This document shows, one piece after another, positions 61,212 to 64,000 of a stretch of 64,000 nucleotides of DNA. The notes beneath the pieces are model-generated. The model did no database searches, was not told where the DNA came from, and saw only the letters and a list, made by a program, of their open reading frames with translations. The DNA is from an uncultured Gammaproteobacteria bacterium. Lineage in GTDB: Bacteria; Pseudomonadota; Gammaproteobacteria; Steroidobacterales; Steroidobacteraceae. Made by a program: the position numbers and the translations under genes. Positions within the stretch are counted from its first letter, which is position 1. Every line of letters starts with the position of its first letter. The stretch is from the NCBI GenBank assembly GCA_963728615.1, contig CAVSKQ010000004.1:462364-526363 (forward strand), given 5' to 3'.

Positions 61212-61991
61212 TCACGTCCCCGCGACGGCGGCCGCGTCCCTGCCGCGCACGAATTCGGGATCGACCTCGAAGTCGAACACGAGCGGCAGGTGGTCGGACA
61301 GCGGCACGGCCGGAATGTCGAAGCCCTTCGGCACGATGCCCTCGCCGTACAGGATGAAGTCGAGCTCCTTGCGCGGCCAGCGGCTCGGGTAGGACGGCAG
61401 GCTCGCGATATTGGCGCTGCGCAGTCCCGCCGCCTGCATGAACAGGTAGATCTCGTGCTCGCCCCAGAACGTGTTGAAGTCGCCGGCGACGATGACGGGC
61501 TTGGTCTGGCGACGCACCAGCTGGTGCAGGTGGCGCAGCTGGTAGTGGCGGTGCCGGAACTTGAGCGACAGGTGCACGAGGAAGACCGCCACGTTCTCGA
61601 GCTCCAGCTCGATGATGAGCTTCTTGATGCCGGTCTCGAAGTAATGGAAGCGCTCGCCGTGCACGCGCGGCGCCGCCAGGAATGCGTTCGCCTGCTTGCG
61701 CACGATGGGCATGAACTGGTTGAGGGAATCCTCGCCGTACTTGCACTGGTATGTCGAGAAGTGCGACAGGTGGGTCGCGATGAACTCGGCCTGGTTGATC
61801 ATGCCGCTGCGGATCGAGCCAGTGTCCACCTCGATCAGGCCCACGATGTCCGGATCGCGCTCGGCGATGAAGTCGGTGATGCGTTCGAGGATCTGGCGGC
61901 TGCTGCGCAGGTAACCCGCGCCGGGAACCGGCAGGTGGAAAGCCGGGCCCGTTCCGGTCGCATAGCGGATGTTGTAGACGAGAAGTCGCAT
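61212..61991 (-). CDS. Endonuclease/exonuclease/phosphatase (EEP) family protein
   Basis: MRLLVYNIRY, DPDIVGLIEVD, VIVAGDFNT, C-terminal LSDHLPLVFDF. These are the typical EEP catalytic segments. Confidence 0.8.
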   Translation of the reverse strand: MRLLVYNIRYATGTGPAFHLPVPGAGYLRSSRQILERITDFIAERDPDIVGLIEVDTGSIRSGMINQAEFIATHLSHFSTYQCKYGEDSLNQFMPIVRKQANAFLAAPRVHGERFHYFETGIKKLIIELELENVAVFLVHLSLKFRHRHYQLRHLHQLVRRQTKPVIVAGDFNTFWGEHEIYLFMQAAGLRSANIASLPSYPSRWPRKELDFILYGEGIVPKGFDIPAVPLSDHLPLVFDFEVDPEFVRGRDAAAVAGT

Positions 61992-62062
61992 CAGGCCAGC
62001 CGGTACCCGGTTCGCGCCAAAAGACGTATTCTAGTGGCAGGGCGGCAGGAGGTACGGCAGTC

Positions 62063-62521
62063 GTGGCGGAAGAGGGCAATCCGATCCGGCTTTTCGTGAC
62101 TCACCTGTACGCGCCGGACGAGTCCTACTTCCGCGTCTTCGAGTACCTCGAAAGCCAGCCGAATTTCTACTACCGGAACCTGGCGACGCCGGACAAGCCG
62201 CCGCGCAGCAAGGAAAAGGAAGCGATCCGGGAGGACCTCCGGCGCCAGATGGCGGACGCCGAAGTCGTGGTCGTGCTGTCGACGCTGTACCTGCGCGACG
62301 CCGCGGCCATCGAGTACCAGGTTCTCTATGCGCAGTCCTGCGACAAGCCGATGGTCGTGCTGGAGCCGTTCGGGACGACGGACCCCGTGCCGGCGAAGCT
62401 GCGTGAAGTCGCCGACGAAGTGGTGCCGTGGAACGGTCGGGAAATTGGCGATGCGATCCGGCGGCAGGCGCGTCACGAAGACACGACGCGCTGGGACGTG
62501 ATCGAATTCAAGCTCGATTGA
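62063..62521 (+). CDS. TIR-like domain protein (MTH538/DUF1863/ThsB-type pattern), orphan
   Basis: GTG start with AGGAGG 10 nt upstream. Pattern IRLFVTH...(helix)...ADAEVVVVLS...AAIEYQVLYAQSCDKPMVVLEPFG...VVPWNGREIGDAIRR matches my recollection of the TIR-like family fold pattern. Not verified by search. Confidence 0.55.
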   Translation: MAEEGNPIRLFVTHLYAPDESYFRVFEYLESQPNFYYRNLATPDKPPRSKEKEAIREDLRRQMADAEVVVVLSTLYLRDAAAIEYQVLYAQSCDKPMVVLEPFGTTDPVPAKLREVADEVVPWNGREIGDAIRRQARHEDTTRWDVIEFKLD

Positions 62522-62903
62522 GGCTGATCAGCGTCGGAATCCTCGACGACCCGGTGTTACCCGTGCCGCGTGCCGCCTGGCCGCCGGCCTTTGGCGGCGC
62601 GATCAGGCTCGAACGGTACAACGTGTCGAGCAGGGCGACGATGCGCGCAGCGCAGGCATCGGCCTCCCCGATGGACATCTTGCGCACCGTCGTCGCCACC
62701 GGGCAGTCGCCGTGCTGGCCGCGCAGGCGAGTCATGGACTGGCGCAATGCGTCGAAGTCCTTGCGGACCTCGGACGGCATGTCGTGAGTGGGCAGGTCGA
62801 TCAGGTGACGCTTGAACGCGTCGGTCAGGCGCTGCTTCAACGCGGTCGGCTTGGCCAGTTCCAGTGTGGCCTTGTGCAAACTCTCCCAGGCGGCTGCGCT
62901 CAC
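62508..62903 (-). CDS. Hypothetical helical protein (131 aa)
   Basis: Uninterrupted ORF with GC-rich third positions. Motif TVRKMSIGEADACAARIVALL resembles uncharacterised proteobacterial proteins I recall. Its 3' end overlaps the TIR-like gene by 14 bp. Confidence 0.5.
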   Translation of the reverse strand: MSAAAWESLHKATLELAKPTALKQRLTDAFKRHLIDLPTHDMPSEVRKDFDALRQSMTRLRGQHGDCPVATTVRKMSIGEADACAARIVALLDTLYRSSLIAPPKAGGQAARGTGNTGSSRIPTLISLNRA

Positions 62904-63114
62904 GGTGTTCCAGGCTCCCTACATGCTCTTGCTTTGATTTCTAACCCTATGGAAAGGTAACCGGTCTCGATTGTCGAACACCGCGCATCGATTCGAAGTT
63001 CCCCGTAACATCAAGTCGATACGGCGCGAATATAGCGCGATTTCTACGGCTGGGTGGAGCCACGCGGCCGGATTCTTGCGCTATGTCAAGAAATTGGGTT
63101 CTATAGCTCCGGAA

Positions 63115-63498
63115 ATGACCGAACCCCAAGCCCAGAAACAGGTGCCGATCCTGGCCGCCCTGGCCCAGGCGACGAGGCTCCAGATCCTCGACCGGGTCTG
63201 CGCGGGCGGGCCGGAAGGGGTGGCGGCCGGCGAGATCGCCCGGTCGCTGCGTTGCCCCGCCTCGACGTTGTCCTTCCACCTCAAGGAGTTGAGCCGCACC
63301 GGGGTGCTCGAGGCCCGCCCGGAAGGCCGGTTCATCCATTACTCGCTGCGGCGCCCTGCCTTGCAGGCACTCGCCGGCTATATCGCAGGCCTCGCGGGAG
63401 GGACCCGCAACGGCCGAAGCCGGAAAGGGGCGGGCGCCAAGGCGCTCCGGCGTACCCGGGCACGGGCCGCCGGGCAGCTCACGTTCTTCGGGGACTGA
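63115..63498 (+). CDS. ArsR/SmtB-family transcriptional regulator
   Basis: Start taken at internal MTEPQ. LAALAQATRLQILDRV...AGEIARSLRCPASTLSFHLKELSRTGVLEARPEGRFIHYSL winged-helix pattern. A TTCTTG-N8-CAAGAA inverted repeat lies at 63073-63092 upstream. Confidence 0.8.
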   Translation: MTEPQAQKQVPILAALAQATRLQILDRVCAGGPEGVAAGEIARSLRCPASTLSFHLKELSRTGVLEARPEGRFIHYSLRRPALQALAGYIAGLAGGTRNGRSRKGAGAKALRRTRARAAGQLTFFGD

Positions 63499-63506
63499 CG
63501 GCCGCG

Positions 63507-64000
63507 TCAGTTGCGCACGAGGTGCGCGACGAAATCGTCCACCGGCGTCGCGTCGAGCCGGGCGGTATCCGCGAACAGCGCCTCGATGCGCCGGCACTGC
63601 TTTTCCGGGAACACGGCGGGCAGCGAGGCGCGGAACTTCTCGACCAGCAGCGGGTAGCCTTCGGCACGCCGGCGGCGATGGCCGATCGGGGCGTCCACGT
63701 GAATGCGCGCCGTGCTCGTGCCGTCCATGAAGAAGACCTGGATCGCATTGCCGATGAAGCGCTTGTCCGCAGCGTAATAGTCCGCCGTGAACTGCGGGTT
63801 CTCGCGCACTTCCATGCGCGAGCGCAGGGCGTCGACGCGCGGGTCGGCAGCCACGGCGTCCTCGTAGTCCGCGGCCGTCAGCCGACCGTGGATCAGCGGG
63901 ATGGCGACCATGTACTGGATGCAGTGGTCGCGGTCGGCGGGATTCGCGAGCGGGCCGGTCTTGTCGATGATGCGCACGCCCGGTTCCTGCGTCTCGATGA
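63507..64000 (-). CDS. prpD: 2-methylcitrate dehydratase, C-terminal part (gene continues beyond the window)
   Basis: IDKTGPLANPADRDHCIQYMVAIPLIHGRLTAADYED...FTADYYAADKRFIGNAIQVFFMDGT...PIGHRRRRAEGYPLLVEKF, co-linear with my memory of the E. coli PrpD C-terminus. Confidence 0.88.
   Translation of the reverse strand, partial: IETQEPGVRIIDKTGPLANPADRDHCIQYMVAIPLIHGRLTAADYEDAVAADPRVDALRSRMEVRENPQFTADYYAADKRFIGNAIQVFFMDGTSTARIHVDAPIGHRRRRAEGYPLLVEKFRASLPAVFPEKQCRRIEALFADTARLDATPVDDFVAHLVRN

Overview
This is a 64-kb chromosomal window from a visibly very GC-rich proteobacterium. The gene order (thrS-infC-rpmI-rplT-pheS-pheT-ihfA-MerR-tRNA-Pro and fabD-fabG-acpP-fabF-pabB-pabC-mltG-tmk-holB-pilZ) is typical of Gammaproteobacteria of the Xanthomonadales, Nevskiales or Pseudomonas type; the taxon is inferred, not searched. 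I can support about 70 protein genes, 2 tRNAs, and a few terminators and promoter-like elements.

Main blocks, in order:
- Translation operon (thrS to pheT), followed by ihfA and a MerR-family gene.
- A small accessory-looking stretch after tRNA-Pro: an Arg/Lys-rich basic protein, a methyltransferase-MFS pair, a secreted two-repeat protein and a GH127 hydrolase.
- phaB plus a glutathione-dependent formaldehyde detoxification operon (frmA-gfa-fghA).
- An aldehyde dehydrogenase and alanine dehydrogenase.
- A DAP-decarboxylase-like gene coupled to an EamA exporter.
- Two tandem TonB paralogs with exbB-exbD, followed by two paralogous periplasmic TPR proteins.
- HMG-CoA lyase, a peroxiredoxin and etfBA.
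- A peptide-type ABC importer with no binding-protein gene.
- An AddB-like/AddA-like nuclease-helicase pair.
- A type II secretion half-operon, gspG to gspN.
- The fab, pab, mltG, tmk, holB and pilZ block.
- A protein with two cNMP-binding domains and a rhodanese domain, then a FadB-like enzyme.
- An EEP-family gene divergent from an orphan TIR-like gene, then ArsR and the 3' part of prpD.

I found no rRNA, CRISPR array, IS element, transposase, integrase or phage genes.

Major caveat: recognisable genes, including essential ones, are broken by many frame changes in discrete blocks at about 1.5-10.1 kb, 32.0-38.3 kb, 45.8-46.1 kb and 59.8-60.7 kb. The rest of the window reads cleanly. I interpret these breaks as sequence or assembly indels rather than biology. 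Coordinates of the affected genes span the reconstructed gene, not an intact ORF.

No clearly novel multi-gene system is demonstrable from sequence alone. The best candidates for follow-up are:
- the orphan TIR-like gene and its neighbours (61.2-62.9 kb);
- the cNMP/rhodanese protein;
- the acidic-tailed GspI;
- the TonB-TonB-ExbBD plus TPR-TPR cluster;
- several small secreted or basic proteins of unknown function.

All family assignments come from motifs read by eye and from memory of the families. No database search was run.
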